64,000 bases of DNA. Origin: Octopus vulgaris. Lineage: Eukaryota. The notes beneath the pieces are model-generated. The model saw nothing but the letters and a program-made list of their open reading frames with translations, searched no databases and had not been told where the DNA came from. The stretch is taken from NCBI GenBank assembly GCA_951406725.2, contig OX597818.1:145700001-145764000 (forward strand). Reading direction: 5' to 3'. Positions 29,281 to 46,208 of the stretch are shown here, one piece after another (the first letter of the stretch is position 1; every line of letters begins with the position of its first letter). The position numbers and the translations under genes were made by a program.

Positions 29281-30589
29281 AGCATTTGAAATTTTAATTC
29301 TGAAAACCATTTCCTTTCGAACAATCAGACAAGTTAATACAAAATCATATCCGCTATTTTTTTATACATCAACTTAATAGAAAATTCCTTCATTTTATTT
29401 CTAAAACAAACTGTTCGCTCTCTTTGTCTTTGGGTCATTTTCATGATAAAGACAAGGAAATAAAAAATCAATTCTTTAGTTGAAATATTCAAACACCCTC
29501 AGGCAACAAAAGCTTATTTATTTTTGTCTTCTGAAATCTATTTGCATTTATTATTATTTATTTTTTTACGATAGTACGAGTCAGAAATTTTGCAATCTAA
29601 CAACAGTTGCTATTTCAAAATAGGTGATCATGCATTAAAAAAGTGATGATAATAGTGTTAAAAATACATTGGAAATATATATTATAACACACTGAGTGTT
29701 TATATACCTTTCAATAAATCCGTCTTTATGAGAAAATAGTAGATTTTAAAAAATCTACCTCTCTCAAAATTGCGAACAAACTCGATTGAATTAATATAGA
29801 TATGAAAATTTCAATTTTGGTGGGGAAAAAAGTAATTGTTTAATGCTTTTTCATTTCAAAAAGAATAAAAATGCAAATGAAGTCAATGAACTCCAACAAA
29901 GTTTCATACAACAAACTAATTTTTCTTAGCAAATTTATTGTTCTACTACTTTTTAACTAGCAGCCACATGATTAAGTTTTTAATTTTGGGATGTTAGTCC
30001 AACAATAAACCCAGAATAAGTTTGGCTAGGGTTTCGATATAATGACTCACTTCATATAGACTAGATTACCTCTAAAGTACACAAGGACACACACTCACAT
30101 ACACACACACACACAGCACACACACACACACACATACACACTCACACACACACATACACACACACACACACACGCAAGTACATTGATAATATTCATGGCT
30201 CGGAAGCGAAGTGTTCCACCAAGTAAAATATGGAACGTTTTTGACAAGGCCACGATTTAATCAACCGATGCTCGCAAACGGAGTCCTTTTGTATACGAGA
30301 AACTGCACAAATAGCAAGAGCCGGTTGTATCTCTCAATTTAATAACACTCGATCAAATTTTACTGAAAATTTAATTCCATTAAAGGTTCTAAGAATTATC
30401 CATTGCACCAATTGCTTCATATCCAACAGCTATCATCTCTTGACGGAATACAGATTGTACCACATGAGCCAAATTAGTCAATGAGAAAGGGCTCCACACA
30501 TTATACAATAACAATCAACTTTATTTATCGACCGCGACAACAATATCGCTCAGTATCATGCGTCCAACAATAAGTTTTAAGTTATTGAA

Positions 30590-30787
30590 AAGTTAGCACG
30601 CCAGGCGAAATACTTAGCAGTATTTCGTCTGTCTTTACGTTCTGAGTTCAAATTCCGCCGAGGTCGACTTTGCCTTTCATCCTTCCAGGGTCGATAAATT
30701 AAGTACCAGTTGCGTACTGCGGTCGATCTAATCTATCGGCTCCCTCCCTCAAAATTCCGGGCCTTGTACCCAGAGTAGAAAAGAATA
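30590..30787 (+). mobile_element. SINE family A, slightly 5'-truncated
   Basis: GTTAGCACGCCAGGCGAAA..GAGTTCAAATTCCGCCGAGGTCGACTTTGCCTTTCATCC..AAGTACCAG. Older decayed copies occur near 520-650, 6100-6235, 16480-16790, 18335-18420, 22400-22570, 23850-23900 and 28520-28870. Confidence 0.88.
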
Positions 30788-30857
30788 CATTTTAAGTTAT
30801 GAAATTCTGGAAATTAAAATATTCAAAATTTACGATCTATCTATCTTTCTATCTATC

Positions 30858-30943
<86 letters not shown>

Positions 30944-30990
30944 GCTATCTATCTATCTATCTACCTATTTATCTATCTATCTCTATGTAT

Positions 30991-31067
<77 letters not shown>

Positions 31068-31427
31068 AACATTAGCCGCCCGAAGCTGAGGTACAGGGAC
31101 GTGTGCAGGAGGGATATGAAGGCACTTGGCATCAACAACAATTCCTTGGAGGATCTCGCAGTCGACCGAACCAGCTGGAGAGGCACTCTTCACAAACAAC
31201 TGCAGACCGGCGAAGAGAATTTGAGGGTGGCGGCAGCTGAAAACCAATCCCGCACAAAAGAAATGACAGCCAACAGACCGCATTCAACGTAAAGGTGCGA
31301 CCTCTGCAAATGAGACTGCTACTCTCGCATCGGTCTCTACAGCCAAAGGAGGCGTTGGAAAAACTGAATAGACAACTCAACGGATGGATGACATCATCCA
31401 TGGTCAGCCATGACCGACGGAGGCCCC

Positions 31428-31428
<1 letters not shown>
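31068..31428 (+). mobile_element. RTE-clade LINE 3' end, 5'-truncated
   Basis: RPKLRYRDVCRRDMKALGINNNSLEDLAVDRTSWR, then a degenerate zinc finger CDLC..CYSRIGLYS and a terminal stem-loop CATGGTCAGCCATGACCGACGGAGGCC before a (TA)n tail. Confidence 0.85.
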
Positions 31429-31479
<51 letters not shown>

Positions 31480-31685
31480 GTATTGAGTGTTTGTATACTT
31501 ATGCGCACGCAAGGCAAATAGATTGGTCGGTTGGTTGGTGGATGTTCAAAACAAAAGATAGCATTCAGCACATGAGGAGCTTAAGTGTCCTTTTATTCAC
31601 ATTTTGATTCAGTAGTGCACTACTACATATTCTTAAATTGCCTATGATTTGTGATATGCATATACGTACGTAAATATATCTGTGG

Positions 31686-31762
<77 letters not shown>

Positions 31763-32298
31763 TTTATGTATTTGTTTAGCAAAGTTCTTAATGTGAAATC
31801 GTGTGTTGAAACAGATACTGTTATATTATAGTGCTTGTATTTAATTAGCAAAGTATGACTATCCCCAAGTTTAACAATATATGTATATACATATGTATAT
31901 ATATATATATGTAAAGAACATGAAGTACGAAAACAAATGAGTTAAATACACAAACAACGAGAGCAAAAATAATGGAAAACGGCACTTAAACACAGAAAAC
32001 GACCCTTTATCAATTGTCGGCTTTCTATCGACTCCTCATTTCGGCATATGCATACATATATGTTTGTAAATGTATGTATGTATGTATATATGCATGTATG
32101 TATGTATGTATGTATGTATGTATGTATGTATGTATGTATGTATGTATGTATACCCAAAAGTTACCAACTGGGTTGAAGCCTACAAATTTTTATTAAATTA
32201 CCCTTAATTAACATGCAAAAATAGTATTTGGTATTTATCTACATTGTAGCTTTTGACACATCTTGTGTGTATATATACATATACAAAAATATGTATAT

Positions 32299-32335
<37 letters not shown>

Positions 32336-32354
32336 CACACATATATATATATTC

Positions 32355-32411
<57 letters not shown>

Positions 32412-32586
32412 TACTACTAATATAGGATAAATTTTTTTCAGAAAAATTTCCTCAAAAGTGGCAGCATATTAAAATACCTTTAAAGGTTAAAATTATAAAC
32501 AACTTATAAACAAGGGCAAAAGAAAAATTATTTCTATGCCAATATGCCGAGAACAGGCTTTAAATCGTCAATTTCCACATTTCATT

Positions 32587-32640
<54 letters not shown>

Positions 32641-32644
<4 letters not shown>

Positions 32645-33911
32645 GTTGGATAAAATAATGGGAAACAGCTACAAATTTCAAACATATTCTTTTTAATATG
32701 GGGTAGGACCATCTTTGGCAGTAAATTGCAGCTTGAATTCTACGAGGTATAAATTCGTACAAAGTTTGAATTTTTTCCAAAGTGATTTTTGTCCGTTCTT
32801 CAGCTTAAACATTCTCTAGTTCTTGTAGTGATGATGGTGGAGGTCATCGACTCATTTGTTTTTTTCTAAAATGCCTCATAAATGTTCAATAATATTGAGA
32901 TCCGGGGACTGTGGTGGATAGATAAGATGCTCAATTTCAGTAGAATGTTCCTTGCGTCATTCAGGAACAACTTTAGCCGTGTGAATTGGTGCATTATCAT
33001 CCTGAAAGATTGCGTTTCCTTCCGGAAACAGTTCCGGAACCAAAGGATGAATTTGATCAGATAAAATGCTTAAATGGTCTTGATTATTAATTCTGCTATG
33101 AGGGAAAACCATTTGACCGGCGGATTTTCTCAAGATATGGTCCCCCACCCCAATCATCACAGATCCTCCTGCATGTTTAACACTTGGAAGAAGGCAGTCT
33201 GAGTCAAATGCTTCTTTTGGCTGTCTCCGCACGGATACTCGGCCGGTGGTCGGAAATAAGGTAATGGATGACTTATCCGAGAAAATAACATTCTTCCACT
33301 GCTCTAAGTACAAGTCTTGTATGTTTTTACTCCACTCCAAACGCTTTACAACGTTTGTTTTTGAAAGTAGTGGTTTTCTGATTGCAGCCTTCCTGTGAAA
33401 TCTGGCTTTGTGCAACTCCTGGCAATCAGCTTTTGTGGAAATTGGGTTCTCGAGGTGGTCGTTAAGCTCTTACAGTAATTTTGGGAGCTGTACTTTTGTG
33501 ATCCTTTCCAACAATTCGCATAAGAGTCCGATGGTCCCTATCTGAAAGTTTTGGTTTTCTTCCGGAGTTTTGTTTCGACGAGGAGGTTTTTCCCTCTTTC
33601 TCAAAGGCTGTCATTACTTTCGTGACAGTACTTCTTGATACACCAAACATTTCGGCTGTTTTCGTTACACTAGCGCCTGCCATACGAGCAACCACAATTT
33701 GATATTTTTGAAAGTCCGATAGACCTGTCGTTTTAATGAATTTTAATTACCTTTCTCTGATGATATCTGGAAAGAAGCAGCAATTTTAGCAAAACATGTT
33801 AAGCGACACTAACAATAAATCAAAAACATAAAAATAAACAAGCTTTTGACGGTTTTATGCATATTTCAAAATTATGATGCTAGGTGTTTCCAGTATTTTG
33901 TTCAACCACTG
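32641..33911 (-). mobile_element. Tc1-family DNA transposon with frameshifted transposase
   Basis: HTH region GASVTKTAEMFGVSRSTV..SGRKPKLSDRD; catalytic WKNVIFSD, GGSVMI, FQDDNAPIH; TIR CAGTGGTTGAACAAAATACTGGAAACACC at the right end followed by TA, degenerate copy GGGTTGGATAAAATAATGGGAAACAGC at the left; flanked by (TA)n. Confidence 0.93.
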
Positions 33912-33999
<88 letters not shown>

Positions 34000-34522
34000 C
34001 ATATGCAAAGATATATAGCAAGCCAAGAGGTTTCCTGCAAACTTAACATCAAAAGAATTATTTTATTTTCATTTTTCCGTTTAGCTTCCATTATTCCCGT
34101 TCGATATGTAGCACACGTACATTCTCGTTTTCTTTTCCTTTTCTTTTCTTTTTTTTCTGTTTTCAGAAGTTATTATTATTTTTGTATTTTTTACATTATT
34201 CATTATATATGTTATATAAGTGGAATTTTCTCTTCGGAATTCATCCTTCATAGATCCTATTTCCCTGTTATGACAGATCACATCATCAGACCCTCTTCTT
34301 CTTCTTCGATCTATCACTCCTACTGCCGTTGCTGCTATTACTGTTGACTTTCACCAGCCAATTTAAGCAGCGATCAAAATCTTTTTCAAACTATGATATT
34401 CTATTTTGGGTTTACTTTGAAATAAGAAAAGAAGAAAAATAATAATTGTTTATCTTTCCGCGAGAATTTAGATCTGTCAAGTGGAATATTTTTATATTTT
34501 TCATGGTATTTTACTTTATAAC

Positions 34523-34558
<36 letters not shown>

Positions 34559-34960
34559 TTCTTATGGAATAAATAATATTCCAGTTTATTTTTTCTTTTG
34601 CTTCAATACTGGGTGATACATTATAATTTTTATCTATTCTTTAAACATACTTTCACACCCAAATTTTCTTTTTGCTTCGTTTAATTTTTTTGTTGCGTTT
34701 TATTCATCTTTTTGCTGTCTATATTCTGTGTAGAATTCCTGCTTGTGTAAGTGTGTGCACGTTTGTATGTGTGAGAGAGAGAGAGGAAGAAAGAGAGAGA
34801 GAGGGGGGAGTGAAAGTGAGAAAACGTTTGGGTGTACAAACAGTAGAAAAAGTACTAACTACATAAAGCAGAATTTTATATTTTAAAACATTTGATATTT
34901 TAGAAACCGAGAATTCGCAGCGATTTAATTTAAGTTTCATGTTGCCACCTGTCAATTTGG

Positions 34961-35026
<66 letters not shown>

Positions 35027-36179
35027 GCACGCACGCACACACACATCACACATATTTATATATATGCATTTGTATTATGTATATTATACAGATCCAAATC
35101 AGGTTTTAAGCAATAATATTTGGTTTTGCCAGAGGATTTGGTTAACATCGAGATCCGTCTTATATTTATATTTCCAACTGAATACTGTAACCGTTATAGT
35201 AACAGTCATTGCAATAATGATCATCATCACTTTGGCTACTTCCCTTCGAGAATACGGACTCAAATTAGCTGTAGTGGAAAACTAGAAAGTACTCCAGTGA
35301 CTATGTCGACCCCGTATAAAGATTTCATTGAATCTAATCATAAATTTTTATCAGTTGTTTTAATTCGCAAAATCCCGCATGAACTTAAACTGTCTTTGTT
35401 GTTCTCTTCAAGAATTTCTCTACTGCGCTTTTGGATTTGTTTGTCTCACAATTCTGGTGATATCTGTTTATTCCCTTCTCCAACTCCAATTTGGCTTTAT
35501 ATTATATATCATGTAAGAAGAACACAAACAAAAAGTGCAAGGAGCGTCGATAATCTCAACTGATCATTTTCAAAACGTATGGACATGTGAATTCTCTACA
35601 TTCGAGATCAGAATGACTACAAGACGACTATTCCATCGTCTGATTTTCTTGAATGTAGCCTTGACAAGGTGAAGTTGATATCAGACAGTGTCCAATGATC
35701 ATTGAGTATTTCGACCCTGAGCCGTAGTACCATCTCGGTGATAGGTTGGCAGAGGTGGTCAAATCCCTGCTTATATTGTCCTGGCTTCCAGGTTCACTTT
35801 TCTCTCCCTCTCTTGCTTTGTAACCAGCAACAATGTCGTGTAGCCTCCCCTATCCTGCGAGCTGCTGCTTCTCCTTTCGTCTTGTTATTCCAAAGTAACA
35901 GGAAGAGAAAAAAGGTACCTAGATAGTCGTATCTATGTGTTATACATTTTACTCGGATAGCTGTATAACGTCCTTTGTACTGTCTGTCTTTCCTTTATTT
36001 ATTTATATATTCATTTAGTTATTTATTTACTACTTTGTTTACTAGTATAAGCAGAGGAAGGAAACAGTGTTGATGACCTTTGTAAGCCACCCTATAATAG
36101 GGATATCTGTGCGATTTTCAAAGTATAGGAAAATTCTGAAAGCACTCTTCGGTATATTTTCAGAAACATGTAATTATAC

Positions 36180-36596
36180 TAAATGGCATATCGTGTAATC
36201 GAACACCATCGGCCAGATATTGTCATATTGAATAAGAGAGACAAATACTGTCAGATCGTTGATGTAGCTATACCAAATAACATGAATGTTGTGAGTAAAG
36301 AGGTTGAAAAAAATCACCAAATACTCCGAACTGAAAGTGGAAATGGCAAGACTGTATGGAATGCGAGATGGTAATGTAAAAGTGGTACAAGTGGTGATTG
36401 GAGCGCTGTGCTCAATCCCACTGAAACTTCGAAACTTCTTAAGGCAACTGGAAATCCCATGCAAGACTGATATTTTGCAAAAAGCAGCCTTATTGGGCAC
36501 ACACGCACATCTTAAGCAACGTATTATCTGTCTGAGGTCCTTGTGGTGACCTGACAGACGACTTAAGATTCCGGTACATTTTTACCTACGAAGGAA
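36180..36596 (+). mobile_element. R4/Dong-like non-LTR retrotransposon 3' fragment (restriction-like endonuclease)
   Basis: HHRPDIVILNKRDKYCQIVDVAIP..EK/KYSEL..VVIGAL..LQKAALLGT; runs directly into a ~920 bp (AAT)n-type tract. Confidence 0.88.
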
Positions 36597-37517
<921 letters not shown>

Positions 37518-38779
37518 TTGAACCCGAAGACTGGGAAGAAATACTGGTCAACATTTATTTCGACGCTCTAACGATTCTGCGAGCACTTTTTAAAATAGAA
37601 GAGAAGCTACTTTTTTCTGTGTAGTCCAATATATCGACCCTAGATATGAACTCCAAAATTCAAGAGCTGTTGCTAAATACCACTGGACAATTTTCTTGAC
37701 GCTCAACCGGTTCTGCCAGTGCATTGCTTTAATAATAATTGTTTCCTATCTGAACATAATGGCAGAAATTTGAGTAGAGGACACAGTCGATTATAAAGGT
37801 TTGTCAGGACATATTTTATCGAACCCCTCTCCGGGAGATGAGAGCTAGCTTCTGTAGGATATGAATGTATATTTCAAAGGTATATGGACAAATACCGCAA
37901 GGCACCTGACCTGCTATTCACTAATTATAATAATGATGATGATGTTTTTGTTTCTTTTTTACTTCTTTTTTTTAAAGTTCCAAGTATTAACTACATACGT
38001 ATCCACACACCAATGATTTCTTTATGAATCGCATCGCTAATAATTATACTGGGTTTTGTTTTCTTCTTCCAGCAAAGAGGGAAATTTTAATTAATTGCGT
38101 GTCTGCTTTTGTTTTTCAAATTTTATTCTGTTGAGCAGAGCCCACTTGAATTATTGCCCCTTAGCTCACTTTTTTATTCACAGACATTTTCTTTTATTGT
38201 GATTTTGTTGTGTTATATGGTTATTTCACTATCTACTTTCACTTTTAACTCTCCCTGAGTTTTAAGCATCATATTTTTACTTCTTTTGGTTTTTATTTCT
38301 GTTTGCCTCTTAGACTCCTTTTTATTTCTTCATTTTTACGCTAACAGCGATTGTTTTGGCACTTGTCTTAACCATTTTAGTATCTTCTTCGATCGTTTTA
38401 TTCTAACTTTCAACGACTTTAATGCATTCATTCAAATATTTTAGTGCCATCACAGACTAAGTGCTCATTTGTCTAAACTAGTTTTAGTACTTACTTTCCC
38501 GACTATTTACTACATCTTTTGTCTATTTTACTATCCCTCTAAATTGTTTTTAGTTTTAATACAGTTTATGAATCTCCGCGACTCTACCTCGCCTTCAACT
38601 ACTATGCATTAACTATTTCTATATTCCTTTCATCTTCTTTTAATGTTCCGCCAAGCCAACAGCTGGTAGAAATGCTAAATTTCCAGCGAACCAAACTTGC
38701 AAAACAGTTTCTATTCTCGCTTAAACTATTTCCCTTGAATAATGTCCGTCCTTACAATTCTGACAATTGTCGCTGTTTA

Positions 38780-38965
38780 TCCCGATATCAGCTTTGATAA
38801 CGCAAACCTATGTTCAAAGGCATCCAATCCATAAACATCTCGTCTTTGTTTTCCTATGCCATGGGCTACATTATCCAATATGCCATTTTTTTAAAAACAG
38901 TAGGGTGTGATTTAAGAGAAAATTGACTTCTATCTCTAATAGAGCTAACAACTGCATAGAAGCGT
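38780..38965. repeat. Old dispersed repeat family
   Basis: Similar to 21330-21520 (CAAAGGCATC..CTACAT.ATC.AAT.TG..TTTTTTAAAA.AGTA..TGA). Confidence 0.5.
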
Positions 38966-39289
38966 GCTCGTTGTTCATATTGAACATTAGGACCTCTGTC
39001 CGGCTCAGCACATTTATCGCTAGATGGGTAACCAAGTTCTCTACACTGAAGAGCACCTGTTTTGCTAATAACAGGGTGGTAAAAATTAGATTTACCATAA
39101 TGGCTTGCTCTCTGTATATCGTAGACAGGTGAAGATTGCTTGGTAGTCCAACAGCGATTAAAAAGGGATTCATTTACATTATATGTGTTTTTATTTCCTT
39201 TTCTTAATAGGTAAACTTGGATTGAACTGTAAATATGTGGCGAACATTTTCTACAGGACATATAACGTTAGGTTCCATGAAAAACGGAG

Positions 39290-39565
39290 GAAAAACGTAC
39301 TGTGAGAAAAACTGCGTATAAACGTTATCAGATTTGGTGTGCAAGAGAAAAGAGGGATTTCCTGCACACGTGTTATGTATGGATAATTAGAGATGGGTAA
39401 AAAAAAAAGCAAGCCATGCAAGATACGAAGACCAAAGGAGACACGCCAAGAAGTGATGAAAGCTGATCTGTGAACAGCAACAAGGGGTTCTACACTGTTA
39501 GAAAGGAACCATCAAGCTCATACAAACACAGAAAAACGATGTAAGATTATGATGAGGAGGAGGCG
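39290..39565 (+). mobile_element. Highly decayed RTE-like 3' remnant
   Basis: Fragments resembling REKL..IRFGVQE..HVLCMD..RPKET.QEVMKADL and a GAT/GAG tail. Confidence 0.4.
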
Positions 39566-39868
39566 GATTTAACAGAGTAATTTTGTTCTGATATACAAAC
39601 ATAATGTGAACATCGACGAAATGTGGATGCCTAATGTAAATTGATGCAACAGCTCATGTCGTTGCGGTACTACAATCATCCCTATACCATACAAGACAGT
39701 TTATGGTACAGTGGTAATAACACAGACTTTAACCCCAGAGGCTTAGAAATGATTCTGATCAGATTATAATTCATTATACTGACATTTATATTAGCCGTTT
39801 ATATCTACAAACACACACATACGATTCTTTACCCCTGCCTCTCAAACATTCTACCTCGTTCTCAATAA

Positions 39869-40039
<171 letters not shown>

Positions 40040-40105
40040 TTATAGGCATATATATGTGTGTGTATGTATGTATATATACATACACGCACATATGTATGTA
40101 TATAT

Positions 40106-40172
<67 letters not shown>

Positions 40173-40410
40173 GTAATAACATGACAACAAAAGAATGAAT
40201 GAGACCTCGATGTTATGTAAATAGAGGAATTTATCTATAAATATAATATAGGACAATCATAATAAAACTCAGAGTTTCGGATGTCGGGGCTGAAGCTCTG
40301 AGATTTATTATGATAACTAACTGATTGTCCTATATTATATTTATAGGTGTGTATATATATCAAACTATATATAATTGCGCACACACATATACATAAACAC
40401 ATATATATAA

Positions 40411-40464
<54 letters not shown>

Positions 40465-40554
40465 TATATACATACACACACCCTATATATATACATACAC
40501 ACCTGTCTTCGTATTTTATTTTTCTGTAAATTCCAACTATGTCGGTGTGTGTGT

Positions 40555-40872
40555 GATGCTGCGTGGCTTAGTGGTTAGGGCATTCGGATCACGATCGTAA
40601 GGTCGTGAGTTCAATTCCCGGCGACGCGTTGTGTCCTTGGACTAGAAACTTTATTTCACGTTGCTCCAGTTGACTCAGCTGGCAAAAATGTGTACTACCT
40701 GCGTTTCAAAGGGCCGGCCTTGTCACGCTTTGTGTCATGCTGAATAGCCCTGATACTACGTTAAGGGCACACGTGTCTGTGGAGCGCTCAGCCACTTGCC
40801 CGTTAATTTCACGAGAAAGTTGTTCCGTTGATCGGATCAGCTGGGACCCTTGTCGTCGCAACCGACGGAGTG

Positions 40873-40875
<3 letters not shown>
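40555..40875 (+). mobile_element. SINE family D (tRNA-derived)
   Basis: A-box TGGCTTAGTGG, B-box GAGTTCAATTCCC, GTTGTGTCCTTG core, GC-rich body followed by (TA)n; no complete tRNA acceptor stem. Confidence 0.75.
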
Positions 40876-40929
<54 letters not shown>

Positions 40930-41489
40930 GCAAACTATCTAATTTAATATCCGAGCCTTCAGTCATTACTTATATTTTCTATTCTATTCAAAGTCCACCG
41001 GTCAATAAGGTTTTCTTAAGATACAAGAACAATCAAGAAAACGCCGTGTAATACCGAGTTGATATTCCTTATTTATACACACTTATTTCATCAATTATTC
41101 TCTCTTCCATGCGTGGAGTACTTTGTCTCGCATTCGTTTCTACTATCATGAAATATGCACATAGTATTTTTATGTTTGTATTTTATCTGTTTATAAATAC
41201 ACATTGCGTCATCCTTGCTTATGATAACTTTCATCTATTTACGAACATATGTGTGTTTACGTGTGTGTGTGTATGTATGTCTGAAATAGCCGTTTATATG
41301 TATTAACTTAATATGTATGCATATTTATAAACACATACACACACACATATATGTATATATATATGTATGCATATACAAATATAAATATAGCCTAAAATGT
41401 ACATATTTATATACATTCATAAATACATATACATACATATTTGTATACATTCATAAATACTTAAATGCATAACTGCCTGCGTGTATACG

Positions 41490-41601
41490 TGCATACATAC
41501 ATACATACATACATACATACATACATGCATACATACATATATACATACATACATGCATGCATGCATGCATACATACATACATACATATATACATACATAC
41601 A

Positions 41602-41635
<34 letters not shown>

Positions 41636-41637
41636 CA

Positions 41638-41670
<33 letters not shown>

Positions 41671-41905
41671 GAATTCATACATACGTACATACATATATGC
41701 ATGCATACATACATACGTACATATCTACATGCATGCATACATACATATATACATACGTACATACATACATACATCCATACATCCATCCATACATACATAC
41801 ATACATATCTGCATGCATGCATGCATACATACATACATACATACATGCATATATACATACATACATACATACATACATTCATACATGAATTCATACATTC
41901 GTGCG

Positions 41906-41936
<31 letters not shown>

Positions 41937-41949
41937 CTGCATGCATGCA

Positions 41950-41980
<31 letters not shown>

Positions 41981-42142
41981 CTGCATGCATACATACATAC
42001 ATACATACATACATACATGCATACATACATACATACATGCATACATACATACATACATACATACATACATACATACATGAATTCATACATACGTACATAC
42101 ATACGTACATACATATCTGCATGCATGCATGCATGCATACAT
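41490..42142. repeat. (TACA)n microsatellite with higher-order variants
   Basis: Recurring GAATTCATACAT and ATATCTGCATGCATGC interruptions. Confidence 0.96.
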
Positions 42143-42769
42143 AGATTTACACACGTTACATTTATCTTGCTGTTACTGTTGCTGTCGATGCAGCTGTAAG
42201 TTATTTTCGGTTTTCTGTAGCGTCAATTCTCTTCTCACGTGGAATCTGTTATTATAATCATTGTAATTGAACGATATAGCACACAAGATCCTTTCTATGT
42301 TTTTCTGATATGGCTTTTCAATCCTTCAGTACGATATCTTTGTATTATTTTTGTCTTAGATTTTTATCAATTTTTCCCGATTCGATTTTAGCTGTTATTT
42401 TTTTTTTACCTCCTATTCTCATTTTTCCATTTGAGAATATATCTGTTCACCGACAAAATTATTCAGTGGTATCAATATAGATACGTCATGTTAGATTGAA
42501 ATGCGCACATGCAATATGCAGATATATATGTTTATGTATGTATGTGTGTGTGTGTACGCATGTGTGCGCGTGTATGTATGTGTGTCTTTCTATACAAATA
42601 TATGCATGTATCTATCTGTGCATTTAACTGTAAAAGTGTTTTCCTTTGTGTGTTTCTTTAGATTGATGAACATACATGTGTGTTTGTATTTATATACATT
42701 CATACAGCCATATATTTACGTGAATTTATGTTAAGTCATGTACACTTATGCGTATATATGTGTGCGTTA

Positions 42770-42787
42770 TACGAAAGTATACATATG

Positions 42788-42826
<39 letters not shown>

Positions 42827-42922
42827 GCATACAATATTTACGTGATTATATGTTAACACATATATTCACATATGGATATATCTGTGCTTATGAAAATGAA
42901 AATATATGTACATAAATATACA

Positions 42923-42974
<52 letters not shown>

Positions 42975-43024
42975 GAGAGAGAGAATGAGAGAGAATTCAC
43001 ATGTCCATATATACATGTATATAA

Positions 43025-43065
<41 letters not shown>

Positions 43066-43346
43066 CACATATATATATATATATAGACATGCATATATAT
43101 AGATATATATATATATGTATATATGTATACATACATAAAAATTGTTATATATATGTGCATATGTTTATGCATTATGTGTGTATAAATATCAATATATTTG
43201 TATGGTTGTATATGTGTGTATGTGTATTTATATACACACATATGTGATGCATTTTCATATGCTGTATTTATTTTTTGTGTTCTTTTAAATGCATCAAATG
43301 TATGTTAAGTCTATATATTATTTATTCAAGTGCATGTGACTCTCTG

Positions 43347-43406
<60 letters not shown>

Positions 43407-43572
43407 TAATATATAATATATATATAATATAATATATATAATATAATATAATATAATATATACATACATGTATTATATTTTTTATTTTATTTATCTATTC
43501 ATATATATGTACTTACGTAAATATGTGCATAAATATACATGCACACATGTGTATATTTGTTTATATATACTT

Positions 43573-43632
<60 letters not shown>

Positions 43633-43684
43633 TATATATGTATATGTATATTATATATATATATATATACACATATACATATAC

Positions 43685-43737
<53 letters not shown>

Positions 43738-43742
43738 CATAT

Positions 43743-43840
<98 letters not shown>

Positions 43841-43850
43841 GTGTGTGTGG
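42770..43850. repeat. (TA)n-rich low-complexity region
   Basis: Directly visible; a similar tract lies at 39868-40500. Confidence 0.93.
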
Positions 43851-44520
43851 CTGTCTTTGCCTTTATGCGCGCACAGAATATTGAAATTTCTGAATGCTAC
43901 AGTTAATATTTTTGTGCTTACATAGAAGAGACAAAAATAAGACAAAACACATAAGAATTCAATTATACAAATGAATGAAAATGTATATCTTTAAGACATT
44001 AGACAATAAAAAAATACGGAAGAAAAATAGACAAGAGGAATCTCAACCGATATAGCAAGAGATTAAACCACAAATAAACAGAATTTTCTCTTTTTTTTAC
44101 GCAAAAATAATTTAATAAAGTTCTACTAGTATTAACTATATTTATATATGTGTGCCTGTGTATATGCGGATGTATAAGGTGGTGTATGTAAGTGTAGTAA
44201 TGGAATGAGTGGTGAGGGAGAGAGCTTATTTGCCTTTGTGTGAATATTACTTGGCTGAAAGGAATAAGGATTGCCAAAGACTTAAGTAGAATGTATAAGC
44301 CTATAGAAAATTATTATACTAAAACGGAATTTTCAAGATATTCAGTTATTCCGAAAATAACAAACTATTTCCAAAACATTGTGTTTTTTCGAGAATAGTA
44401 AGAAAAAGATGGAGGTGACCGGGTGGTGGAGTCAGAATACAAAGAGAACAATAAAAGACGGCGTGGGCCGGGGGATATGTGGAAGAAGGGAAGAAGAAGA
44501 AGAAGAAGAAGAAGAAGAAG

Positions 44521-44551
<31 letters not shown>

Positions 44552-44649
44552 TATTAAAAAATAGAAAATAATATTTGTAGTAAAAAGGAAAGATAAAAGA
44601 ACACAAAATATGAAGAAAATATTCAGATATTTGAATGCTATGCATTAAA

Positions 44650-45850
<1,201 letters not shown>

Positions 45851-46149
45851 TTCATTTCTTGTTTTAAACAGTGAACTGTTTTATGCAAGTATCTTCATAT
45901 TACATTAATGTATCTAGTAGACAATGGGACCAATAATTTCTTCGAGCTAGGAATGGTTTTACTACCATTTGGAACTCTTCTCCGTAAGACATTAAATTCA
46001 TTTGCTATTTTCTGGCTTCTACCGATAGATATTATGTAATCTGTATTTAAATTTTTCTACCGTTACTAATTTATACGATCACGTACACATGCACGCGTAC
46101 ACTTACAAACACGTATTTACATATACATAAATATATATATATGTATATA

Positions 46150-46208
<59 letters not shown>

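Noticed and set aside
33757-33778. CTGATGA..GAAA in the Tc1 5' region
   Set aside because: No stem II or stem III pairing.
40555-40630. tRNA gene (also the heads at 48351 and 15414)
   Set aside because: A and B boxes are present but there is no full cloverleaf, and each continues into a SINE body.
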